Below are positions 21,422 through 33,012 of a stretch of DNA of 64,000 nucleotides, one piece after another. This DNA comes from Takakia lepidozioides (taxonomy: Eukaryota > Plantae > Bryophyta). The stretch's first letter is position 1, and every line of letters starts with the position of its first letter. Below the pieces are notes generated by a model. It worked only from the letters and a program-made list of their open reading frames with translations. It did not search any database and was not told where the DNA came from. Made by a program: the position numbers and the translations under genes. Location: positions 49,972,001-50,036,000 of the forward strand of contig CM060731.1 in assembly GCA_030704615.1 (NCBI GenBank), read 5' to 3'.

Positions 21422-24380
21422 TTACTGTTTGGGATCAACAAACCTTTGTGAGTGAGCACCCTTCTGACGGTGAGAGTCTCGTGAAGGACTACGTGTGCGA
21501 GCCCGAGTCCGATCACTGGCTGATGGAGATGATTGACCACTACTTGGAAATGTCTGACCCTCCTTTGGCTGATAACGAGGTAACCTCTCAGGCATAGGAG
21601 ATCCCCGTCGTTTCTTCTCTGCCATCTGAAGTGCATAGTCCTCTGCCATGTCAAAAGAGTCCTCTGAAGAAACAGTAGTATCAGAATCCTCGTCCCCCCT
21701 TAGGTGTTTTAACGGCCGAACTTTAAGTGGAATCTTGCGTGACATACAATGTGGGCCCACCATGTCTGGAAGTTTAAACTGTACAACTTGTTGTAAGCGC
21801 TTGCAAGCAAAATTAGTGAAGGCCCTGAACTCCTTATCCGTATAGGTGAGAGGTGTGCCAATGACTTTGGAACAGTGTAAGTATTTCCAGGCTTCATGTC
21901 CCTTAAAGAAAATATCCTCAAGGCCGAATTTCTGTGTTGCCAAATTGTTCCAAGCCGAATTAAACCATGAACGAAGTTGGGAATCCTTCTGCATAATAAT
22001 TTTTGCATCATATAGGTACATATGAGGTGGCACTGAAGGTAAGACCCAATGATCCCCACTGGAATAACTCAGAAATCGTGATTGCATCTTCTGCTGCTCA
22101 ATGTGATAACATGCCATAAAACAAGCAACATAGTATAATCCACAGCCCATGACAATACTAGATACCTCCTTGGACTTGGTATAGATGTACCCATGTACAA
22201 ACTGGAAGGCAATTAATTCCTTTAGCATGGTACCTGCCTCAGACCAGTACCTTGCAAAGTGATGATCCTCAATGGGTCGATTGTTCGGAAGAACTTTAGT
22301 CCGAGTTGCCATTGGTAACCAAATGCGCATGATCTGATAGTAATGTGCCAGCGACTGCGGAGAACTAAATTCCTTCCAAGCCAAATCCAGCACAATGCGA
22401 ATTTGGTTGAAGGGCATAATCATAGCCCGACTGTACTCCCGTACAGCATGAGTCATAGGTGGATTAAAAGCAGCATCCCCCTATACCTCAAGCTGTGGTT
22501 TGGTTGTAGTTTGGCTGTAGTAGCAACAGGGTCAGTTACCTGCATAGGTACCTGCTGTGGTATTGGTACCACTGGCCCCTCTACCACTGGCATCTCCTGC
22601 ATCCCCTGCGAAGAAGACTGAAAAAATAGAGTCCTGGCATGTAAATAAGTAGCCATCAGCTGCTCCTCAGGAACAAAGACTCTCTTGTCAATATTTGAAC
22701 TCAGGTCATCTACTTGAGTCTGCAGGCCTTCCACATCGTCCTGTAGCTCCGTTTTCCCCCTACTCTATTATCTCAGCTTCTGCCATCATACATCTCTCCC
22801 CTTGTCTGTTAACTCTAGAGCAGTTGTGAGTGTAGCACATTGTATGGTCATCCTCTGATGTACTGCCTCCAACTCTGTATGTAGTACGTTCACTTCTTGC
22901 AACTTGCCCTCATGCTTCACCTGCAATTGGTATAATTGTTGCTTATGTGCTTCATGCAACTGGTCCTGCTCGAGACCTGCTTCAATCAAATGTCCCTTAG
23001 CCAACTGCAAGGCAGCCTTTGTGTCCTCCAACTCTTGCTGTAACTTGAGATTGATCTCCGCATCTACCTTGTTAGCACACTCAGTGGCAATTCGAGTCTC
23101 AAACTCCTTCCTGAGCTCCTCCCTCAAAGCTGCCAATTGGGTAGATGGAACATGGGATTTCACATAAGTGGCCAACAAATTAAGTGTCCTGCTTATGGAA
23201 CTCATAAGCATGGCTTGCTGGGGGTTATCATGGTGAACTTGGTGCTGTTCCCCCTTATCTTTCACGATGTGATGCTTCACCAACCATTCACGCCATTGCC
23301 CCACCAGATCCTCTTCCTGAACCACCTCATCCTCCACAGATGCTGCAGTGTCCTTATATTCTACCCCTGGTACCTCCGTCACATGTGTGGGTATTACATG
23401 CACAGCAGGGATTTCCCTGGACAAACTTTGCACCTCTGGAACCACTGATTCCCTTACCAAACCAGAGTTTTCATAGAGAAGGTCACCCTTCTCAATTTCG
23501 GCCACGACCTGCTCTGTAGTGGGAATGTCCAACCTTTCTCCGTCCAGAGCAATTGGGGGTGGTGTCACAGCATGTTCTAACTGTGGAACCTCTGAGACAA
23601 CTGAGTCAACTGGCTGTGATGGCTGTGGTACCGAAGTGACTTCTTCTTCCCTCTCCGAAGGCCGTGCTTCCAATAATAATAGCCCTCTGTGCTGATGTGC
23701 CCGATCCTGCACAAGAGCTTGGGAAACATCATCTTGCGGTTTCCGTGAAGCCAGTGGATCCGCCACTACAGTCATACCCCGCTTCTGTCTCTTAGAGTGG
23801 TGTTGCCCTGCCAGTCCACCCTCACTATGTGAAGAGCCCTACTCTTCAATTGCAGTGGTTACTGCCTCAAACACTCCCATCTCCTTACGTTCCCGAGTAT
23901 CAAGTATGCAAGAGTCAAGAATGATTTGGGCAATGACTGGACCAGACACAATGATCGGAGACTTAGCAGCAGTGCCATGTAACCTCTTCATCTCTTCCAC
24001 CAGACCATTGTACATTAACTCTGCCCAAGCTACATCTTCTCCCCTCAAAGCTTTCAGGATCTCCTCTGTGAATGACCTGCTCAAATATTGTTGGTTTTGT
24101 TTCATGGCAAACAGAACGTTCAATATTTGGCCAATTTCTCTGAGCCCTAGGTACTCGGCTTTGGTACAAGCGTAACCTTGAGTCTTAAAGAAACTCCCTT
24201 CTTGGAACAAATTCCCTATCTGCAATCTTGCCTTGTGCTCATCCACATCCACATGACCCGATGGCAAATCAAACAATTGCTGCAAGTACTTCTATATCTA
24301 CTCCCCTCACCTGGGTAATTCCCGTCCGAGGCTCAAAGTTCTGAAGAAATTGAATCATATACTGCCGATGATGCAAGGAC
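21422..24380 (-). pseudogene. Extra 3' ORF region of the gypsy element (coiled-coil protein and an unknown 344-aa ORF)
   Basis: ORFs 23839-24285, 22786-23775 (heptad-rich), 22453-22734 and 21422-22456, all sense to the element, between pol and the PPT. No motif recognised. Confidence 0.6.
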
Positions 24381-24382
24381 CA

Positions 24383-27372
24383 GGCTTCAGTGGTTATAAT
24401 CAAGTGCAAGTGGCAGAAGAAGACCAGGGAAAGACAGCTTTCATCACAGACTGGGGTGCTTATGCATACAAAGTCATGCCTTTTGGACTTTGTAATGCAC
24501 CAGCAACCTTTCAGAGAGTGATAAGTGAATCTTTTCATGAGTATCTGGACGATTTCATGTAGGTGTTCTTGGATGATTTCAGTGTGTACAGCTCTATGAA
24601 TGAGCACTTGCATAAATTGGAGTTATGTTTGGCCAGATGCAGGATGAGAGGTCTGGGCCTGAATCCAGAGAAGTGTATTTTTTGTGTGAACTCAGGGGTG
24701 CTTTTGGGACACATTGTGTGTAAGGGGGGACTTCTTATGGATCCCAGAAAGACTGAGGCCATTAAAGCCTCTCCACCACCAGTAAATGTTAAGAGTCTAA
24801 GGAGATTCCTTGGACAAACTAGTTATTACAAAAGATTTGTCAGACGGTATGCACAGATAGCAGCACCATTGAGCAAGCTTCTAAAAAAAAATGCAGTGTT
24901 TGCATGGACAACTGAATGTCAATTGGCTTTTGAGGAACTTACATTGTCAGTAACAACTACACCTGTGCTGATTAACCCTCACTGGCATGTAGTATTTCAT
25001 GTTCACTGTGATGCCTCAGGAGAAGCGTTGGGAGTAGTGTTAGCCCAAAATGTTACAGGAAATATAGATTCACCTGTGTACTATGCTAGCACGTTGATGA
25101 ACAGTGCTGAAAAGAACTATAGCACAACTGAAAGAGAAGCACTGGCAATGATTTATGCAGTCAAGAAATTCAGGCATTACCTACTGGGAATGAAGTTTAT
25201 GTTTTATGTGGATCACCAGGCTCTGATATATCTGGTGAACAAACCTTTGATAAGTGGAAGGATAGCAAGGTGGTTAATAATCTTGCACGAGTTTGAGTTC
25301 GAAGTTGTTTACAAGCCTGGCCGTTTACATCTTGTGGCAGATCACTTGTCACGCCTATCAACAGGAGAGCCCGCCACAGGAGTAGACGACCAATTACCTG
25401 ATGCGAGTTTATTTGCAGTGGAGGTGCAGGGAAGTGCAGATGACTGGTTAGATTGGCAGTGGCCAATCAGATACTACCTTACTCATGGTAAGTGCCCACC
25501 TAGTTATGGAAAGGAGCAGATGAAGAGAATCGCTATCAAGGCTTTACCTTATACTATGGTAGGGGCAGAATGTATAAGCTAGGACCTGATGGAGTACTTA
25601 AACGATGCTTGTACCACCATGAAGTAAATACAGTTTTGGAGGAAGTTCATAAAGGAGTGGCTGGAGGTCATTTTGGAGAAGAGACTACCAGTAGAAAGAT
25701 ACTACTTGTAGGTTACTGGTGGCCTACTTTGTTCAAGGATGTACACAAGTATTGTGAGAGTTGTGATGAGTGTCAGAAGCTAGGACCATTGCAGAGATCT
25801 GGGAAGATGGCTTTGCATCCTACGATGCCTACTGAACCATTTCAGAAATGGGGACTAGACTTTGTTGGACCAATTAACCCACCAGCCAAGAATACACAGA
25901 ACAAGTATATAATCACAGCCACTGATTATACTACAAAGTGGGTGGAAGCTAAAGCTCTGAGGGACAACACAGCTTAGTCCACAGCAAGGTTCATGTATGA
26001 GAACATACTGACACGATTTGGCTGTCCCCTGGAATTTATCAGTGACCAGGGAAGTCACTTCATTAATGAGACCATAGAACTATTGACTAAAGAGTTCATG
26101 ATTGTGCATAGGAAGAGTACAACTTATTACCCACAGGGTAATGGGCAGGCAGAGGCTACCAACAAAATACTATGTACTATCTTGGCTAAGATAGTCAATG
26201 CAAACAGAACAGATTGGGATACAAAGCTACTGATAGCTTTGTGGTCATACATGACTTCATATAAAGTCACCACTAAGTATACACCATTCCAATTAGTTTA
26301 TGGTATGGAAGCTTTACTTCCAGTGGAATTCTTGTTACCTACCATAAGAACTGAATGGAGAAGGAGAATGGAATTGGAAGATTCAATTAAGGTCAGGAAA
26401 CATGAATTATACCATGTGGAAGAAGTACGTGTTGATGCAGCTGATAACATGACCAGAATTCAGATGAAGAGGAAGGATCGGTTTGATGAAGGTAAATTAA
26501 AGACTTTTAAGACATGGGATTTGGTACTGTGGTTGCAAAAGAAGGGGAAGATTAAAACTTCTAAGCTTAAATCACCATGGAAAGGACCTTATGTCATACA
26601 GAAGATGTATGATAATAACACCGCCATTTTACAAACCATTAACAAAGAAATGCTGGGGAGAGTCAATGCCAATAAGTTGAAGGGATACAATGGTATCCAT
26701 AACAAACCATTGCAACACGATTTGCATGTTGAAACACAAAAACAGTCACGGGCTACGCCAGTGATACCAACGGAGTATGGAGCACTTGTCGCTAAGCCGA
26801 GCGTGTATGACCAGGGCGGGAAGTACATGTGTTCGCATAGCTATCACAGCCCATCACAGTGCCACACAGCCTATCATAGTTCACCACAGTTAGACACAGC
26901 CCAACACAGCCCAACACAGCCCATGCGGGTTATACAGTCCATTGGGTCAGTGATAGGTGGACGCGGGTTAACGTCAGAAAAGTGGCCGTCAAGTGAAGAA
27001 GAAGTTTGGAAGTCAAACTCGAAGAATATGCCACGCGGAGAGGAGAAGTCGGGGGCATGTCTAAAAACGGACACGTGGTCACTAAGGCGAAGCACACCGC
27101 AGTGCATAGATTGCAAGAGTGGGTCTCATCATGCAACAGGACAAATCGGGCCGTCAAAGTACCTACCCGGTACATCAGTTAAAACTATTTGTGGGCCCAT
27201 TAATGCATTCAGGGCAGGGATAACAGAACCCTTTCCGAGCACAGAAAAGAGGGACTTATGCCATATGTGCTGTCCTACTGGACATTCCAGGTGGGAATGT
27301 CCACGGAGGGGGGTGGAATTAAGAAGTTACCTAAGCAGGCAACAGCCAATCAGGAATGAGAATTTCATGTAG
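24383..27372 (+). pseudogene. Inverted gypsy pol segment: RT C-terminal part, RNase H, integrase
   Basis: [83 protein letters not shown]. On the strand opposite to gag/PR. Confidence 0.93.
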
Positions 27373-27755
27373 GTGGTTCCCTCCAAGAAACAAGAACAAG
27401 AAATTGGAAGTGTTATGAGCGGAAGAGTCGGGGTGGCTCTGAATAGTCAGTGTCTCGACGGGAGGGGCAATCAAAGCACTAGCTTTGTGGCTATGGCGGA
27501 TGTAACGGATTACACGCTCGCTTTACTTCTCACGCAATGGCGTAAGGACGGACGAATTGAGAGTACATTTTCTCTCACTCGATACTTGCAAGCCCCACAG
27601 GCTTACACGCACTTACCTGTTCCATTCTGTGCCAACCATACATTTATGCTCTGTGCCCTGTAAGCTTTCCTTCAGCTGTTTCAAACAAGGCCTTTTTGTT
27701 TGTCTAGAATGAAGAGAGTGAGGGGAATGGAGGATATCAGGGTGAAGAGCACCAC

Positions 27756-28381
27756 TCCATGAATGAGTACATCTCATGGCCTGCCACAGTGTCCAATACC
27801 GCTTCTGTGAATGGCAAAGGGAAAGGATCTTTCTTCGTACAAGCATTCAACTTCTTATAGTTCACACAAACTCTCAGTTTACCATTCTTCTTGGGAACTA
27901 TCACAATGGGTGACAACCAAGTTGTATATTCTATCGGGTATATAAACTTAGCCTCAGCCAACTTCTTGATCTCTTCTCCAACCTTCTGTGCATAGTTGGG
28001 ATTCATTCTGTACCTTGCCTGTTTGATTGGTACTGACCCTGGTTCCAGTTCAATCTTATGCTGACAGATCTCAGGTGGTATCCCTTTCAGATCCTCATAG
28101 CTCCAAGCAAATACATCTCTGTATTTGATGAACAGACTCTTAGCTTCCTCAAAGAATTCTGGCTCCAAATCAGCCCCTACCTTCACCATCCTCGGTTCCC
28201 CTTCAGTTCCCACATTCACTTCTCTCACCTGCTCATCAGCTGTGATTGTCCATCCAATCACCACTTCATCCTGTAAACTCACAGTGGCTGGTTCCTCTAG
28301 GATTTCCATTTCTCCCTCTCTTTCTTCATAGAAATGTGGTGGGTAACTGCTTGTTTCACCCTCAATTGGTGTTGCTGTCAC
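27756..28381 (-). pseudogene. Gypsy RT N-terminal part
   Basis: WLSPIVIVPKKNGKLRVCVNYKKLN...AGHEMYSFM, broken exactly before (D)GFSGY. Confidence 0.9.
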
Positions 28382-28535
28382 TACACCACATCAGATACCT
28401 TTTAAACAACTTAGGCCTTCTAGTTGCATCTCTGCAATCTGCTCCCACTCTGGGTGTGCAGCGAACAGGGTAGCTTCCTGCTCCTCATCAAGTCCTCCCC
28501 TCCAGTCATACTCCCTGACCCTCGAGGCTTCTAGT

Positions 28536-29000
28536 CTACGTAGCAGGTATATCTTGTGCATCATCATGCACAGTTAGTAACTGGGAATTCCAGTCATGGA
28601 ATACCCTGGCCTGTTTCAGCCACGGTCGACCCAGCAATAAGGAGTAAGCTTCCATGACTTCATCCATTTTCAACACAGTTACTGTGATCATAAAGATCAT
28701 CTTTTGAATCTGTATCTTAACTCCTCTTATCAATCCCAATGGCTCAACACTTCTTTGATCTACCATTGTTACTGTAAATGGGGCTGATTTCATGTTACTT
28801 AGACCAAGCTTCTGCCTTAATTGGTCTTTCATGATATTCACTCCAGAGCCTCCATCTATCAGTACATCAGTTAGTTCTGTGCTTCCAATTCTCAATTGGA
28901 TTACTGGCATAGAATCATCAAAGTCCATGACTGTTTCTCGCCCTTCCGGCTTCACATTATAACTGGTCACCTTGTTGTTCAGGTCTGTGTTCCCTGTCAC
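28536..29000 (-). pseudogene. Gypsy aspartic protease
   Basis: VLIDGGSGVNI...LLLGRPWL. Confidence 0.9.
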
Positions 29001-29330
29001 ATGGCAATTCGATTGATTGTTTGATACAGCCTGTGTCTACAATAAGGTGCCACAGCCAATAGCTGTCCAATGGTAATCTCCGCTTTGGACTGGCATATTA
29101 CTTCAGCCAAAGTCCCTTCATTACTCTGCATTTCTGCAGCTTCTTTCTTCCCTTCATCCTCACTCACTTCCTCTTCTCTTTCAGAATCAGAGGAATCTGC
29201 CATAAGAATATCAGTACTCTTCTGCATTTCCCTTAGGGTATCTGCCACTTCCTTGTGCACTTCCTTCTCATCTCTCCAAGCCTCATCATCTTCAGGCACA
29301 TCACTGCCATCTTCATTATCATCACCTTCC

Positions 29331-31412
29331 TCATCTACTGGAGGTATTATTTTGGCTTTGCTTCTGGTTACTATCATTGTACTTACTTCTGGTACAACAC
29401 ATGTGAGCTGCCACCACTGGCCCCTCATTCACAGGAACTCTCATCTCATTCTGGTGTCTGATCCAGAATGGACAGGCTGCCTTGCGATGTCCTGCCTGAT
29501 TACAATAGTAACACAGTTCTTCCCCATTAGATCCTTGCCATTGGTCTATTCTGGGATTGTTTCTGTAATCCTGATTCCCTGGCTGGTAATTCCCCCTTGG
29601 ATTACCCTGATAGTTGCCTCTAGAATTCCCTTGGTAATTCCCTCTTGGATTACCTCTCCCTTCCATGCCATTGTTATAACCACCATGCCTACCATAGTGG
29701 TCCTGATCACTGTTTCTTCTTGGTTGGGGCTGCACTTGATGCACCCTTACTTGCCTAGGTTCTCTTGTTGCTGTCCTCCTATTGTAGTAACAATTCTCAG
29801 TAGAATGGTTATCCATTTTACAGATAGTACAGTGTTTCTCCTTCATGTGGCATTCAGTGGTGGTATAGCCTTCATTCTGGCATTTTGCACACCAAACACC
29901 TTTCCTCCAATGTGTTGCAGCCTCTGTGGCATACTTCTTCAAGATTTCTTCTAATCTTTTCTCATAGTTATCCCTCTTCAATCTTTCCTTCCTCTTACTC
30001 TTCCTCTTAAGCTCTTGCTCTTCTTCCTCATCTGACTCATCCTCAGAGTCTTCATCATCTTTTTTCTCTCTCCTGAGCATTCCCAATTGCTCAATTCTGT
30101 TCGCTGTTTCAAATGCCTCCTCCACTGTATTATGGGGTAACATATCCACTTTCTTTTGCAACTCTGGTCTTAGTCCACTCATAAACCAAGTCTTCTGTAA
30201 ACCTGGTGCTGGTACAGCAGCTAGCTTTTTCATCATCAATTCCATCTTTTCCATATACTCCTCAACAGTTTCATGCTTATTTTGCTTTAACTGTTGTAAA
30301 CTTCCATATACTTCATCCTCAGTTTTACTTGTCCTGAACCTATTTCGGAATGTTGTACTCGAGCCATTCCAGGTTAGGAAATGATTATCAGAGAATCTTG
30401 CATACCATTCACTTGCTTTCTTTATAAGTGAACAAAGAAACAGTCTCATCTTGGCATCATCGCCATTCTCATTGTTCACAATACACATGTGCTCAAATTG
30501 GCTAATGTGTACATCAGGATCCCCTTTTCCTGAATATATTGGAAAAGGTGGTTTTGCCCATGTTGGTTGTAACGCCATCTGTGGCCCTACCCCCTGCCCA
30601 CTGACAGGTGCTGGCCCCCTTGCTGGTGCTGGTCCTTGAGGACCTGTGGTAGTTGTGGTGGAATTTCCACCAAGTGCTGGCCCCTGAGCACTCCCTGCTA
30701 CTGGCCCCACTATATTCACAGTATTCCCAGCTCCAGTTGCACTACTTCCCATACTCCCTGTCCCCCCAGAGCCAGATCCAGGCTGCCCGCCTGATCCCCC
30801 TGAGCCGACACCTTCGTTGGCCTGTGATCCAAGTGCTCCACTTGATCTAGGTCCAACGGGTTGGGATGTCCTGGTTGTAGTCTCAACCTCAACTGTTGGG
30901 TCTACTTCTTCATACTCTTCCTCTTCCAATTTCTTCTCTCTGTTTTCATCTTCCAAGTTCTGCCCTTGGGTTTCTTCTTCTTTACTCATGTAACTCAATT
31001 GCAATGGTGTTGGAGAGTCTGAACTCTCCGTTGGCTCTGCCACATCCTCTCCTCCTTCTTCGTCTTCCGTTTCAGAAACTGGAGTTTCTGCTTTTGGTGT
31101 TCCATGCCAAATCTTATCAAAGATTTCTGTCAAATCTTTTATCCAGGGATGTACCTCAGATCTTTCACCTCGTGGTTGATCTTCTTCCTGTACCAATTCC
31201 CTTAACCTTTCTTGCAAAGAAAAAGAAGGAGTGGCATCCAACTCTAGTTCTTCCGGTATGGGTGATGTACTCTCTGATCTTAATGGTGTGAGAGGTCCAG
31301 ATGATTCCCCTATGTCTATTCCTCTTTCCCAAAGATATGGATAATTAGCTTTCAGATAACTTTTTCTTTTTGCTGAATATCTCTGGAGTCTAGCTTCTCT
31401 TTCATCACTCAT
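29331..31412 (-). CDS. Gypsy Gag (693 aa)
   Basis: YSGKGDPDVHISQF, LKQNKHETVEEY, FMSGLRPEL capsid motifs; CAKCQNEGYTTTEC, CTICKMDNHSTENC and CYYCNQAGHRKAAC knuckles. Confidence 0.88.
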   Translation of the reverse strand: MSDEREARLQRYSAKRKSYLKANYPYLWERGIDIGESSGPLTPLRSESTSPIPEELELDATPSFSLQERLRELVQEEDQPRGERSEVHPWIKDLTEIFDKIWHGTPKAETPVSETEDEEGGEDVAEPTESSDSPTPLQLSYMSKEEETQGQNLEDENREKKLEEEEYEEVDPTVEVETTTRTSQPVGPRSSGALGSQANEGVGSGGSGGQPGSGSGGTGSMGSSATGAGNTVNIVGPVAGSAQGPALGGNSTTTTTGPQGPAPARGPAPVSGQGVGPQMALQPTWAKPPFPIYSGKGDPDVHISQFEHMCIVNNENGDDAKMRLFLCSLIKKASEWYARFSDNHFLTWNGSSTTFRNRFRTSKTEDEVYGSLQQLKQNKHETVEEYMEKMELMMKKLAAVPAPGLQKTWFMSGLRPELQKKVDMLPHNTVEEAFETANRIEQLGMLRREKKDDEDSEDESDEEEEQELKRKSKRKERLKRDNYEKRLEEILKKYATEAATHWRKGVWCAKCQNEGYTTTECHMKEKHCTICKMDNHSTENCYYNRRTATREPRQVRVHQVQPQPRRNSDQDHYGRHGGYNNGMEGRGNPRGNYQGNSRGNYQGNPRGNYQPGNQDYRNNPRIDQWQGSNGEELCYYCNQAGHRKAACPFWIRHQNEMRVPVNEGPVVAAHMCCTRSKYNDSNQKQSQNNTSSR

Positions 31413-32000
31413 GTCCCATGTCTTTCATTTCTTTAATGTGGCAATAACCAAAACTCTCTTCTGTAGTATCTCTCGTATATGCCTGGGTTTCTTTCAAGCT
31501 TCAATGCACCCTTGGCTATACTGGAAGTCTCCGTTACCATATAACCATATGGCAAATAAGTATGAAAAGCTGTTCTTGGTGTGAGTTTGATCCACAGAAT
31601 ATCCTTTGGAATCCAATTCTTTACCAGTACAAGCTCCTCATGCATATGAGTATAAACATTCACCTTCTTTTCCTCCCAGCCTTCAAACTCTACTCGCTTA
31701 ATGGATAGCAATGCTATCACATAAACCAGTGCTGGTAACCAATGTGCTCTTCCTCTACAGGCCACCTGATAAATCTTTATCACTCATTTCTCCAGACCCC
31801 ACTCAGGATCAGCATCATGTACTCTCTTAAGAATGTTTTCCTTACAACCATCTGGCAATTCCAAGAACCTCTGAAAGAATTGTTTGGACAATCTTTCCTT
31901 CTCAGTTCCACAGGGAATTTGATTCACATCAAATTCTTTAATTCTCCAACCACCATGATCCCACCAGATGCCTGTCACATCTGGTTGTTCATGACCCAGT

Positions 32001-32018
32001 TCCCCAGTATGGTCGCCA
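32001..32018 (-). promoter_or_regulatory. Gypsy primer binding site (TGGCGACCATACTGGGGA; tRNA-Arg-like)
   Basis: 2 nt inside the 5' LTR end. tRNA identity inferred from the TGGCGACCA start only. Confidence 0.7.
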
Positions 32019-32020
32019 AA

Positions 32021-33007
32021 TGTCGAGCGGCTTTTATTCACCCATCCCTTTGCTATCCGAGGTGGAAACTCCAAGATAGAATAGTTGGATATCTCTAAGC
32101 ACTCAGCCCACTCAGAACAATCAGTCATGACCTGCAGCTAGTGAATCATGGTTGTGCTTCATATTTGTATTCATTCCTGCCTTCATGTTATCAATTTACC
32201 TTACCGTGTAACCTGATGCATCAGATTGCTTCAGTATCTACTAAGTTCCAATTAATCATGCATTCATTCCACAGCTTCTCTCGTGTCTCTCTACATAATA
32301 TGTTTGTATCGATTCAGTATCGGATTAAAATTAATCATGTATCATGCCTAAGCCATGGTGTCTCTATTCTACCCTACTGTATAATTTTACAGCTTGCATG
32401 AACTAAGCCTCATTCAAGTCATCATCTCCTCTTCACTGTTTCCGCTCTCCGTTACGTCTCCTCCTCTCCTGAAGAAGTCGCCCTCCTCAAGAAGTGATCC
32501 CCTTCTTGTTGCCGCTCTGCCTAATCTACCCGCAAGCTGTTCTAACCACCTAACTAACTAACCGTCACCCCTGAAGTAACACGTTCCCTCTGCAGATGTC
32601 AATCCCACACAGTCGTTCCCTGTCAATGATAACTGTTCCCCATGTGTCAAGCTGTGCCGAGCTGTGACTGGCTGTGTAAAGCTGTGTCGGGCTGTGACTG
32701 GCTGTGCGAAGCTGTGTCGGGCTGTGTTACACTGTGTCTGGCTGTCATAGACTGTGACGGGCTGTGTAAAGCTGTGTCGGGCTGTGACTGGCTGTGTGAA
32801 GCTGTGTGAAGCTGTGTCGGGCTGTGTCAGACTGTGTCTGGCTGTGATAGAGTGTGACGGGCTGTGTAAAGCTGTGTCGAGCTGTGTAACCCCCCTAAAG
32901 CTTGCTCCTGCCACCCCTAAGGCTCCTGTTGGTCTCAGTCTGCGCAAAAATTAAAGATACCCCACAGAACCTATAAAAGCGTCTAAGTCTCAAGCAGCCC
33001 TCTAACA
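32021..33007 (-). repeat. Gypsy 5' LTR (987 bp)
   Basis: Near-identical to the 3' LTR but with more minisatellite units. Confidence 0.95.
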
Positions 33008-33012
33008 AACAT

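Larger units (their letters stand above)
20502..33007 (-). mobile_element. Full-length Ty3/gypsy LTR retrotransposon (non-chromovirus, Athila/Tat/Phygy-like) with extra ORFs and an internal inversion
   Basis: LTRs 20502-21383 and 32021-33007 (TG...CA), TSD AACAT (20497-20501, 33008-33012), PBS 32001-32018, PPT gagagagggagggg at ~21387-21400. Inserted in the Helitron Rep coding region. Confidence 0.95.

Noticed and set aside
29070-29954. 294-aa + strand ORF (also 35439-35966, 19931-20344, 6226-6771)
   Set aside because: Antisense shadows of real TE ORFs; low-complexity, no motifs.
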